Shown: positions 10,201-22,200 of the stretch, one piece after another
Position numbering within the stretch: the first letter of the stretch is position 1
Layout: each line of letters starts with the position of its first letter
From: Candidatus Zixiibacteriota bacterium
GTDB lineage: Bacteria > Zixibacteria > MSB-5A5 > GN15 > FEB-12
Length of the DNA stretch: 26,565 bases
NCBI GenBank assembly: GCA_029932795.1
Contig: JAOZPL010000001.1
Coordinates: forward strand, 1-26,565
Direction of reading: 5' to 3'
Notes under the pieces: model-generated
The model's input: the letters and a program-made list of their open reading frames with translations, nothing else
What the model was told of the DNA's origin: nothing
The model's database searches: none
Position numbers and translations under genes: made by a program

Positions 10201-13200
10201 CATTTTTGATCTTCTGAGGATCAAGCTGAGCCAGCAAGCCTTTTTTAACTGCGCCCTGCCCGGAAGCAATAGCCGAAAATTGACCCGCACCGAGAGGGGC
10301 CAGTTCAAGTCGCCAGTAATCCAGGTTGTTGTCTGAAATCGTGCCGATGCAATCAGTGGCCGAACTCAAAACGGCACCATCGCCAGGCGCAAAGAGCTTG
10401 ATCTTTGGGGCTTGGCTGTCGGCAGCGTCACGAACCTTGAGATCAGAATGCACTACTACAGTCTGGCCATCCGCATCCACAGCCGTGGCCGTTACCAGGA
10501 AGTGGCCTGGATTCTCAGGTATAAAGCTTGCCCGGCCGTACCTGTCAAAAGAAAGGGGCTTTCCATCAACAGAAACTGTCAGTGTCTCGATGTCCGCAAC
10601 AGAGTCGGCAATCGGATGGATGAGAACACTCTGGCCGGCAATAACAGGGAAGCTCGGCGTCAGCTCGATGGTCAGGGAGGGTTCGATCGGGGTAAAGGAG
10701 ACCACTAATTGCACGCTTTGGCTGCAGCTTAGTTCCCCGTCAGAGACGGTGAAGCGAACATCGTGCTTGCCAACCTGGGTTGCACCGGGCGTCCAGGAAA
10801 ATACACCTGTTTCAGCATCGAGTGCGGCACCTGCAGGCAGGTTTTCTGCCGAGTAGCTGAGGGTAGTGCCGGTATCGGCATCCCTTCCTGGCACCCTCAT
10901 TTCAAACGGTTGATCTACAAGCAGAACATGACCGCTCATGTGATCAATTTCCGGCGCCTGGTTGACGTTTAAAACCTCTATCTTCGCATCGTAGTAATCA
11001 GACAGGCCCCCAGAGTCCTGAGCCATGAACCGGATGGTATAGGTGCCGGCCTGATCAAAACCTGGTGTCCAGTAAAATATCTGGGTATCTGGATCAAAGG
11101 CCGCCCCCGCAGGCAGCACAGTGGCAACCGAATAACTGAGGGCATCGTTGTCAAGGTCACCTGCCATCACCGTCAACTGGATGGTCGTTCCCTCAAAGGT
11201 AAGCATATCGCGAATCGGGACAAAGGTCGGGGGGCGGTTCGTGTTCTCAACAATGATCTTTACGTCTTCTGCGCTTGTCCCCGCACCATCCGTTGCTTCA
11301 AAGCGCAGATTGTAAGTCCCGGACTGCTCGTAAGTAGGCCTCCAAACAAAGTCACCTGTGAGATTATCAAAGGCCGCCCCCCTGGGAAGTCCTAACACCC
11401 GATAACTGACGGAATCACCATCCGGATCGTCGGCCTGGAGGGTGAATGCCAGTTCATCCTGCTCGCTGACCTGCCTGGTCCCGACAGGCATGAGAACAGG
11501 GGAGCTGTTTGTGTCCCGCACGGTGATGTCAAAGCTCTGTGAATCCGAAAGGGCGCGAACTTCTTCCCCGTTTCCACTGTCTGTAACCGTGAGCGTAATG
11601 TGATAGGTCTTTCCGGCATCTTCTGAAGTAGGCGTCCAGGAAAAAAGCGCCTTGCCATAGATAACCGTAGAATCAAACGTTGCTCCTGAAGGGAGGCCGG
11701 TAGCACTATAGGTAAGTGGATCCTCATCCAGATCGCTAACCAATACTTCAAAGGAGGTCTCCTTGCCGACCAAGGCCACGCGCGGTACCTGCCGTTCCAT
11801 GACAGGCCTGGCATTGGGGGCGACCACGCTCAGGATAAAAGAGGCCTCACCGGTAAGGACCGCCCTCGGATCACCATTGCCGTCATCAGAAGCCGTTACC
11901 TTAATCTCATAGTCGCCGCGTTGAGCTGTCAGCGTCGGAGCGGCACGAAGCGTGGCCGTACCATCACCGTTATCCGTAAAGGTCACAAAAGAAGGAAGCC
12001 CTGATGCACTGATAGCCGGGATGGTCCCGTCTGCATCGGTCGCCCGGATAGTCATTTCGAGAATATTTTCTTCACCTTCGTGGACTTCGAGCGAGCGATT
12101 CTCAATCGGCTCAATGACCGGAACAGCATTAGCATCACGGACAACAATGTTCAGCGTAACCGAATCCGTGGTCGGGATGCCTGTACCGTCACCATCGTCC
12201 GTGACAGTAAAATCAATATTGTAGGTACCAGCCTGATCAAAGGCAGGGGTCCAGCGGAAGATCTGGGTATCGGTGTTAAATGTGGCCCCTTCGGGCAGTG
12301 TGGAGTAATCCCAGGATAGTTGAGGGAGTAGCAAATCGGCATCAACGGTGCCATCATCGAGCATCATGCCGATACCCAGGGGGTTGTCCGGGTCATTAGC
12401 AGCAATATGGATGACAAGTGACTGCCCCTCATAGGTCTCCCACCGGTCAACAGGCTCGAAGGAAACCGGACCGTTAACGTTTAAAACATGGATCGTAACC
12501 CGCTGTTGCGTCGTGCTCCAGGGATCGCTGACGGCAAATTCGATTTCGTACTCCCCATGCTCATCATAGTTCGGCCTCCAGCTAAAGAGCCCTGTCTGCG
12601 GGTTGAGATAGGCACTACGGGGCAACCCTTTGGCACTGAAAGCAAGCTTGTCTTTATCGGCGTCACGAGCCTGCAGCTGGATCTCGAGGTACTGGCCTTC
12701 CTGGATGGTACGTTCCATAGGTTGCGCCAGGAACGGCGGTTCGTTGCGGTTTGCAACGGTGATCTCAAATGACCGGAAGGTACTTGATATACCGTCTCCT
12801 GCATATATACGCACATCGCTGTAATGGCCAGCTGACCGGCCGTCCGTCTGCCAACGCAAGATCTTCGCCTCTGAATCAAACAATGCCCCCGGCGGCAGGT
12901 TCTCAGCCCAGTAGAGAATCTGATCCCCGTCGGGGTCCGATGCTCCAACGCAGAGTTCCAGCAGGTCGCCTTCTGTGATCTGCTGGTCGGGTATCGGTAA
13001 AATGACCGGCGGGCTATTCACTCCGGTTACGTCAACGTCCCACTTCTGGGAAGCAAACCCGCCGCGTTCATCGAATACGCGGACCTCGAATTGAACGGTT
13101 GAAGGCGAATCTTCACCGGGCGTCCAGCAAAGGGCACCTGTTTCTGCATCCATGGTAGCACCGCGAGGCCCTTCAACTAGAAGGAAAGATATGTTGGACT

Positions 13201-16200
13201 GCTCGGGATCAGAGGCCGAAACCGAATAGAAATATTCTTGATCGACCTGTGCATTCTCTCCCGGCGTTGAACTGATGATTGGAGGCAGGTTTGCGCCCAC
13301 ATCAACATTGACCAGCGTGATAAGATCGAAGGCCAGGTGATCCGGGTTGTGAACCGAAAGTGTGAGCGTGATCGTTGATTCACCTGGGGCAAGTTTTTCC
13401 GAATCGGCACCTGAAAGCTCGCAGTAAGGATACCCCTGGTCTGTTGTTCCGTCTGCATCTTTTAGGGTGGCCGTAGTTCCGGCAAGCCCGGTAAAGATCA
13501 AGCGATATGGTGGGAGGATGTCAAAATCAAGACTGTTGGTGAAGCTCACATCAAAAGAGATGTTTTCACTCTTCCGGTCAAAACGGGTGTTTGAAAAATT
13601 CGGTTTCAGGCTGTCAGTGACATCGACCATAACCGTAAAATCGACGGTGTATGCCTCAGGCAAGGCAAGCCCCAGCGCACTCCTGACATTAGGAAGAATG
13701 GTCAATTCATAAAGAGCTGCCTCCAGAGGCTCGAATTGCAGGGTGACAGTCCGTTTGACTGGATCATAGTCTGCGCGGCTGATCGTGATCCTGCGGTCTG
13801 TCGTCTTGTTTACCAGGCGATAATTGTCTGGATTCGTCACCGACTGCGCGTCATCGGCCGATACACTCCACATGTCGACATCAAAGCGAATATCGGCGTG
13901 ATTCACGACCGGCAGCACACTCATGCCGTTGACGGGTGTTGTTGCCAGCACAACCGGAGGGGTTATCGGAAAGAAAACGTCCACCTGGCCGCCCTGGGCC
14001 ACATAGAGCCTGCCGCTGGTGCCAATGTGCATGAAGCCGCCGCGTGTTCCGCCATCAGCAATCTTGACGGACTTAAGGGTCACAAGGTCGACCATGGTCA
14101 GGAAGCCGGCATCGCCATGGGTGATAAACATCAGATTCTCGAGCGGAGTCTCTGCCTGGCCGACGGCAATACCAATGCCGGGGGCCGCCGGTATCAAGAG
14201 AATCTCAGCGTTGCCGCGCTTATCGAAGCGAAGGACATTGCCGTCTTCGGGCCATGAAGTAGCGTATAGTGTTCCTTCTGGACTAAACGCCAGGCTGTGC
14301 ACACGGGTTGATGAAAAGCTCGAGAATTGTTCTGTCCCGGGATCAAAGATCTCAACCCCTGTGCTTGTAGCCAGGTAAAGCAGACCTGAATCTGGATGGA
14401 CAGCGATACCAAGCTCGATTCCGTCACCATAACGTCCAAGGATTTGACCGGTGACAGGATCAAGGCGAAGCAGGGGCCCGCCGCCGGTGGTAGCCCAGAG
14501 CCGCCCAGTTTGATCAAAGACCATGTCATAAACAGGAACGTCGAGCGCTGCCAGCGGAGAATCGGCTGCGCCGCCGGCGGCCGTAAACCGCCATATCTGG
14601 TTGCGGCCCTCACCGCCGCTGACATATACGCTGCTTCCGTCAGGGCTGAAGGCGATACCAAGGGAACCAATTCCCGCCCCCGACTGCGGGATGCCCGTGG
14701 CAAAGGCGCTCATGGTAAAGGGGTCAAAGACACTGGCAAAGGCCGGCGGGCTGCCGCCTGAGACACCGGCGGGAATCTGTTTCATCGCCTGGACAAATAG
14801 CGGGTTGGTTGCCGGAACATCAGGGGGTGTTACTGTCGTCAGGTTATGCTCAGGGGTAAGCTGGGCGGCAGTGGGCGCGACTCCCAGGTTGATGCCAGGG
14901 TTGTAAGCAGGCAGATACACGCCTTCAGGCGCTTTTTCTACATTGCCTGCATTATCGGCCGCCAGCACAATGAACTCGGCAGTAGCGCCAACCGGGGCAG
15001 TGTACTCGGCCTCTGTATCCGTGATCCGGCGCTTCCATGCCCACCAGGAGCCCCCGTCCTGGCTAATATAGACAGTGTAGTCCTTCACACCGGATCCATC
15101 CGGATCGTCGGTAGCTTCAAACGTAATCCGGTAGGACCGGCTCCCGGTCTTGCCCACGCCCAGATCCTGAACCGAGTAGCTCGTGGTCGGCGGTATCATA
15201 TCCAACGTTGCTGTTTGAATATTCGTATCAAGGGGGGTGCCGCCGTCATAGGTTATGCGCGCACTCGCCTTTATCTCTGTTCCCGTAGTAAGGTCAATGC
15301 CCTCGGTGTACTCCGGCCAGGGCTTGATCGAGTAAGTGACGCCCCCCCATTGTGCGCGATCCGTATTTGGCAGAAGCAGGCCTTTGTCCGGATCAGAAAT
15401 CAATTCTCCCGTCTGCGGGTCAAGGGCATTGAAGGTCCAGATGGCAATCCTGCTCACCACATCCACACCTGCGGTTACCCGCAGGACAAAGCCACGTTCA
15501 TCAACAAAGTCAAAATCACCGCTGAAAGAGGCCCGGTATTCCGGCAGGTGTACCTGGATATCGCCCAGAGTGATATCGCCGAGGGTGAAGCTGCGGACAT
15601 CAAGATTCTCATCGAGTTGCTGCATGATCTGGATCTGCTTCACTGCCTCCTTGCCGGTGGCAGGGTTTTCAAACTTGATCGTATAAGGCAGATAGGTGTC
15701 AGCCGGGACAAAATTCTGTGGGCCGTATCCGGTAGGACCGACTATGCGCACTGCATCCGAACGTTCTCCGGTGAGGCCGAAGAAATCCCGGAGGTGAGGC
15801 TCCTCGACGGGGGCCTTGTCTTCCCGGATGCCGAGCCCGACCTGTACCCAGAAGGACTCAAAATGGGTTTCATGGGACAGCCCCATATCAAAGTCCGCGG
15901 CATCAGGCATGGTACCCGGGGCTACCCGGGCGTCTTCATCGTGACCGTACCATTTTCTGACCAGGGCAAAGAAATCGACAAGGTTGCCTTCCTCAATGAT
16001 TTCGTTGCCGGTGTCAATTCCAAGAAGCCCGGCAGTAACAATCGACATCAGGCTGGAAATCGGCGGTAGCGTGTGTATATCAGGGGGAACGTCCTCCGGA
16101 CGAAGCTGGCCGGAATCTTCAAGCCCCGAAAGGTAAAGGTTTCCCCACTGCTCGGCATCGGCTGCTGCTTCAATCAAAACCCGCGGCGCAAAGGGATCGT

Positions 16201-19200
16201 CCAGGATGGCCCGGCGGTACTGTTCCGCCAGTCCAAGCTGGTATGATACGTATTCCTCGCTGGTCATGGGGGTTGCGGCGGCGGCAATAGCGAACTTATA
16301 GGCAAAAGCTTCATACGGCCACTGGGGATCGACATTGGGATCGTGCAGATCCTTGAGGGCATTCGGATCCTTGGCAAGGATGTCTCTCATCTCCGGATAT
16401 ACATCAGCAGTGAACGTTAACCCCATATAACCGCGGTTGATGAAATCGAACGTAAACCCCGGGGCCATCAGTGTGCCGTCAAGATTGAGTATGGAATCAA
16501 GCTCAGCCCATGGCACATCAGCTATCTCGGGCTCTCCTGCCAGATTCGTCCGGAAAATCAATCGGTCGCCGACCGGCCAAACCTCCTCATCCCCCGAATA
16601 CCATTCTTCGTCATCGCTCATCTTTGTCTGCACGTACTCGTACCAGTCGGTATCATTGAAGATGTGCGGCACGCTGAACTCGAAATGGACGTAAGGCGCA
16701 TCCACATTGGTCAGGCTGTAAACACCGATACCGTACCAGCCGACATCGCCATATTCGAGTTCTCCGGGCCCGCCCATTCCGACAGTCAGATCAAGCGGCT
16801 TTGCTTCTTCCACAAGATAGCGGTAAGGCATCCGGGCCGTCTGGCCGTCGGGATTGGTGACCTGCACATCGTAGAGGCCGTGAGGTGCGTCTGTCAGGTC
16901 AAAGGTTGCAATGATCCGGGTGGCATTGACAATCTCATAGCTGATCGCCTCATACTCGGCGATCTGGGGCCGGATCAGCTTGACGATGGCGCTGTCAGAG
17001 AATCTGGCCCCGAGGACCTCAAGCGTAACGTACCTGGAATCACCACCCGTCTCGGGGCGGACATCGCGAATACCAAACGGTAGCAGGCGAGCTTTGACCG
17101 TGATTCCACAGGTTATCGGCTCGGCGTCCGGGTCGAGCTTCCGGGCTGCATCCTGCCAGCCGGCGCTCCGCACAAGGATGTAATATGTTCCTGCCTCGGT
17201 CAGCGGCACCCTGGCCACCTGATCGCTCCAGAGGTGGCCTTCAAATGCGGCATCGTAGTGGATGGAGTCCGGCAGGCCCTCGTAGCGAACATAAAGCTCA
17301 TTTGCAATCGTCTTGTCATCGGCAACAAGGCTCACCTCCAATGTCTCTCCGGACGGGACGGTGATCTCATAAAGCCGTTCTCTGCCGACCGTGAACGTGT
17401 CCTTGAAATCGACATCAAGCTGCAGCGTGCCTACCGAAACATTGAGGGTGTCGCTGCTTGCCAGCTTGTTGTTGGCGTCGTTTGCCCCCTCGTTGATATC
17501 ATCAAATATATCCGTGCGGACAATGATCCGGTAATCACCGGGAAGGACCGCCGGCAGGATGCCGGTGAGGGAACCTGTGTAGCTTTCATCCGGCGCGAGA
17601 TCCCGAAAGATCGGCCTCATTTTGCCAGGATTGTCCGGATCGGGCTCTAACTCCACCCGCCCGATCAGCTTGTCGCCCAAATCCCATACAGCGTCGGCGG
17701 AGATATAGAGAGAGTCGGCCCAGTATCCCTTGGCATGTTCATTGTTGGTAGTCACGTTCTTGACCGTGTAAGTGACCGTAATGGGCTCACTGACTTCACC
17801 CGTCTCAGGAACGGTGATTTCTTCAACCATGAGATCTGTGGGTGGAGCGAGATCGATGATCATCGGCACGCTGCTGGGAGCGGCATTATTGTTTTCGTTC
17901 GCTCCCTCATAAACAAAGCCGTATGGATGGATCTTGTTCGGGACATCTGTCAGGACAAAGACATAGTAGGGGCCAAGAATCCCGCGAGGAACATTGAAAG
18001 TCATGTCAACGCTGTAGCTCTCACCACTGGCCAGGGCGCCATCATGAAAGACCTGGCCGAGATAGTGATCGCTGTTTACGTCGAGGAACTCGTCGCGGGA
18101 AAGAAAGATGTAGTCTGACCATTTGTTCTGCCGATCAGGAACGTCGCCAACGGACGCATTCGTAACGGTATATGATACATCAAACCGGCGGCCGGTTATA
18201 GCGTGCCCTTCTTGCGCATCTTCGTTTCCGGTAAATGAGACGCTTTTAACCTGGAGGTCGGGCGAGTCAACAAGAGTCACGGAAATAGAGTGGTCGATAA
18301 TATTGTTGGCTTCATCCTGAAACTCCTTGACCTGTCCCATGAGAGTCCACTCGTTGGCAGGCCATGGGGCCTGAATGCGATGGTAGCCGGAAGTTTCCGG
18401 ATAGGGCAAGGCGCTCCTGAAGTATTCATGAACACCGTATGGAGAGTCGATATAGACAAGGAGGTGGAAATCACCCTCGATATCATCGGGCAGGCGAACA
18501 GTGGTGGAGATATCATAATTTTCGCCTATATCGAGTACGCCATGATGGCGGGTTTCCCCGATCAGCATATCGTAGAGATCAATCGATGAATCCTGAGAGA
18601 TGTAAATGCGATCCAGCCAGAACTCACCCCGTGTAGCCCGCGTACCAGCGTTGGTCACTGTCCATGAGATATCAATTGTCTGACCTGAATTGGCCGATTC
18701 CGGGATCTCCATCGAGCCCTCAAGCACCTTGAGATCAGGTTCCCTGTAAATGACCTGCATGGCAGCGGAGTTCACATTGTTTAGTTTCTTTCTATTCGGG
18801 TCCCCTTCAAAAACACGATTCTTGAAATCCGTGGGCCAGCCGGGAAATTCGCTTTCACTTATACCATCGATGCGGCCACACCATGCCTCTGCGGCCGGGT
18901 CCCGGTCACTGAAGACATAAATATACCGGCGGCCTTCACTTCCAAGAGGAAGATTCATTGTCGTTGAAGCAGCGTAACTGTCTTGCGGGTTCATGGGCTC
19001 ATCCCGGACGTGAACAACGCTGCCGACATATTGCGCACGGGAAAAGATAAACGTCGGATCAGGAGAGACGTAGATGTAATCGGTCCAGCGTTCGGTGCCT
19101 TTGTAAACCGGGTAATCGCCGATGTTCGTGACCGTCCAGCTTATTTTTACCTCTTCGCCTGAATCAGCGGTCTCCGGAACAGTCACGGAGGTTACTTGCA

Positions 19201-22200
19201 GATCGGCCGGTACAGGTATCACCGTGCTGGGTATGGCCCGGTCGTTGTTTTCCGTGAACGGGCCTTCCCATACTTTTCTGACTTCAACCTCATCCTCACC
19301 CCACAAAATATAGCGTAGCTCGGACTTACTCAGGGTGTCGATCTTGGCGTAGACCTGCGCAGGTGTCATTGTCTCAAGATCACCAATCTTTTCGGCAATG
19401 CGGTCGGTAACGGCGGCCATCTCCAGCAGAAGCTCATCTTCATCGGTCAAGACGATGTTCGGATCGACATTGGTCTCAACAATAAAATAGCTGCCTGAAG
19501 CGCTCGGAGGGAGGGTAAAGTCCAGGTGCTGAGTATAACTTTGTCCACGCTCCATAGCCCCTTCATGGAGAACGGCGAAGACGAGTGTTTTGTCCTGTCC
19601 GGCTTCATCTTTTGATACATAAATAGCATCGGCCCAGCGGTCGAGATCGGTGACGTTTGAACCGTTGTTTACAACCGTCCACGATATTGTCACCTTCTCA
19701 CCACCCAGAGCGGTCTCGGGGGCATCAATATTGGTTACTTCGAGATCGGCCGGAGGTGTGTAAAGGATGGTCAGCGGCTTATCTGCGGTCTTGAAGTTGT
19801 TGTTGTCCACGGCGGTAGGATCGTCCGGGTTGATATTGACATCAAAGGTAAGTTCAAAGACCTGGCCCCAGGCGTCGGTATAAACCATGAGTTCGTAAAC
19901 ACCCCGGATGTGTTCCGGAATGGTGCCGGTAATGGTCCCCTCGTAAAATTCACCCACTTCGAGAGCGCCGGTGTGAGAGGCCGATCCGATCCTGAAGTCC
20001 GTGTCCCCACCTGGTTTGGTCTTGTCTGCCGTAAGCCAGAGAGAATCAGTCCAGCAGGCGGGGTATGTGATACCGGCACCCTTGTTGGTAACGCGGTAAT
20101 AGACCGTAACCTGCGTGCCGTCAAAGGCTTCGGTGGGTCCGTGAACATCGGAAACCACCAGATCGGGCGGCGGGACAGCCTGCACATTGATGTTTATGGG
20201 CCGGGCAAGCACGTTGTTGGCCTCTGCCGGATATTCGTCGACCGAATCGGAGGCATCCACCTTGACGAGGATATACATCGGGCCCTGGGCAGCCTGCGGA
20301 ATGCGGTAGTGGCCGGAAGAGCTGTACTGCTCGCTTACGGTAAGGGCTGAGCCATTACGTTCCCAGCCGAGCCGCATATCCCCAGGATCGAGTTTATTAT
20401 CCAGCGATAGATAGACACCGTCGTACCAGCGGCTCCCGCCCGTGGGAGTCTTCACCTGGCCGAGGTTGGAAACCACCCAGTAAACATCGACCACAGCCCC
20501 TGCATTGACAGTTTCGGGAATATCCATGGACGTAACCTGAAGGTCGGGGCGGTCATGGAGCTGAATCGTAATGGAATCGCTCAGATCGTCATTGTTGGTA
20601 AGGTCAGGATCGATGATCTTTCCTTCCACGTCAGGCCTGACAAAGATTTCATAGACACCGGTGATATGCTTTGGCAGGCGGAAGTTTTCGGTCCTTGTAT
20701 AGGAAAGGCCAGCACCAAGTCCCAGGCTTATACTGAAGGTACCTATCCTCACCGCCTGAGAACGGTCCCCGCCGGGAGCAATAAAGACGGCGTCCGTCCA
20801 GGGCCCTTCGGCAGTGTCCGGCCCGTTGTTTTTGACCTTCCAGGTAACGTCAATGGCATCGCCGTCTGAAGCATTGTCAGGCGCATCGATACTGAGGATT
20901 TCGAGATCAGAGCGGGGGGCCACGGTGTATGTCACCGAGACTGCACTTGATGCAGTGGTGTTGTTGTCGCCATAGATGAACTCGTAAGGGCCGCCGGTCT
21001 TTACAAAAAAGTACTGATCGATATCTGTCGTCTGCGTGATATCGAGGTCAACCGGAACCGTAATCTGAACAGTTCTTGTGTAACAAGCGCCAACACCCAG
21101 GTTGCCCACCCGGCTGAAGCGATCTATCAATTTCCAGCCAGAACCATCCGCATTGGAAGACATGTAAACATAGTCATACCATTCAGGAACAGAAGTCTGG
21201 CCGATTCCCTTATTCCTTACCGTCCAGCTCAGGGTCATCGGTGTACCGGTGGTTGCAGTCTGTGGTGCGTCAACGCTGTCTACGACGAGATCGGCGTAGG
21301 GCCGCGGGGTGATATCGAGCAAATAACCGGGGGTGGCTGAATTTGCCCCCGTGTCATCATGCTCATAGACAACATCATCAGCATCAGTTACGACAAATAG
21401 CGTAAAACGACCCTGCGTGGCAGCGGCCAACTGGATGATCTTTGTCTGGGTATAGGACTCTCCTGCGGGCACCGGACCGGGATTTCCGAAACTGCCGATC
21501 TCAACATCATCGCCGTTTCCGAGTGTATCATCCCGGGAAAGTATAATCTTGTCCGTCCAGGCGGTCACCGGGCCGGTTCCGTTGCCCTCGTTTGAAACAG
21601 TCCAGGAGACGGTCAGGTCAGCCGGGTCGCCGATGATAAGTTTTACGCCTTCGGTGATATCCTGACCGTTTGTGGTAATGGTGGAGACAGCAAGGTCGGC
21701 ATAGGGGGCAAGGGTTACATCAATGGGATCCGAGGCACAAATATCATCTTCGAGGCCGCTGCCTTCGACGACAATATCTGCGGCATCAGGCTTGACCAAA
21801 ATATAGTAGGTACCCGTAATGCCGTTTGGAAGGGTTACGTTGACACTGCCATTATAGCTCTCGCCTGAAGATAGGGTGCCGGTATGGGCGTGTTCTCCAA
21901 GAATGATATCACTTTCATCAAGAAGTTCGTCCGTTGACAAATAGATTTTCTCTGTCCAGCCGGATGGCGTTGGGCCTGTTCCGGAATTTTTAACTGACCA
22001 GGAAACCTCAAAGCTTGTGCCTGACTCGGCAGTACTTACCGCCGTTACCGACCCGACAGTCAGATCGGGATGCTGGAGCGCTACATCACCTGAAACGCCG
22101 ATGTTGTTCTCTTCGCCGGCCCGTTCATAGACCTCTGTGTTTGCGTCGGTCACGACGAGAAACTTATAGCTTCCATCGGCAAGCAAGGGAATCGTTATCG

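Noticed and set aside
11912-11920. RGD motifs at 11912-11920 and 5327-5335
   Set aside because: One or two RGD tripeptides are unremarkable in more than 8,400 residues, and nothing indicates integrin binding.
15850-15875. THFE as a Nup98/PIDD-like HF|S autoproteolysis site
   Set aside because: The nucleophile position is Glu rather than Ser, Thr or Cys, and the context is not a ZU5 fold.
14846-16069. 407-aa plus-strand ORF, and the other plus-strand ORFs such as 5561-6304, 9014-9649 and 24473-25054
   Set aside because: They lie wholly antisense to a clearly modular protein gene and show no recognisable motifs. Such shadow ORFs are expected opposite long coding sequences.
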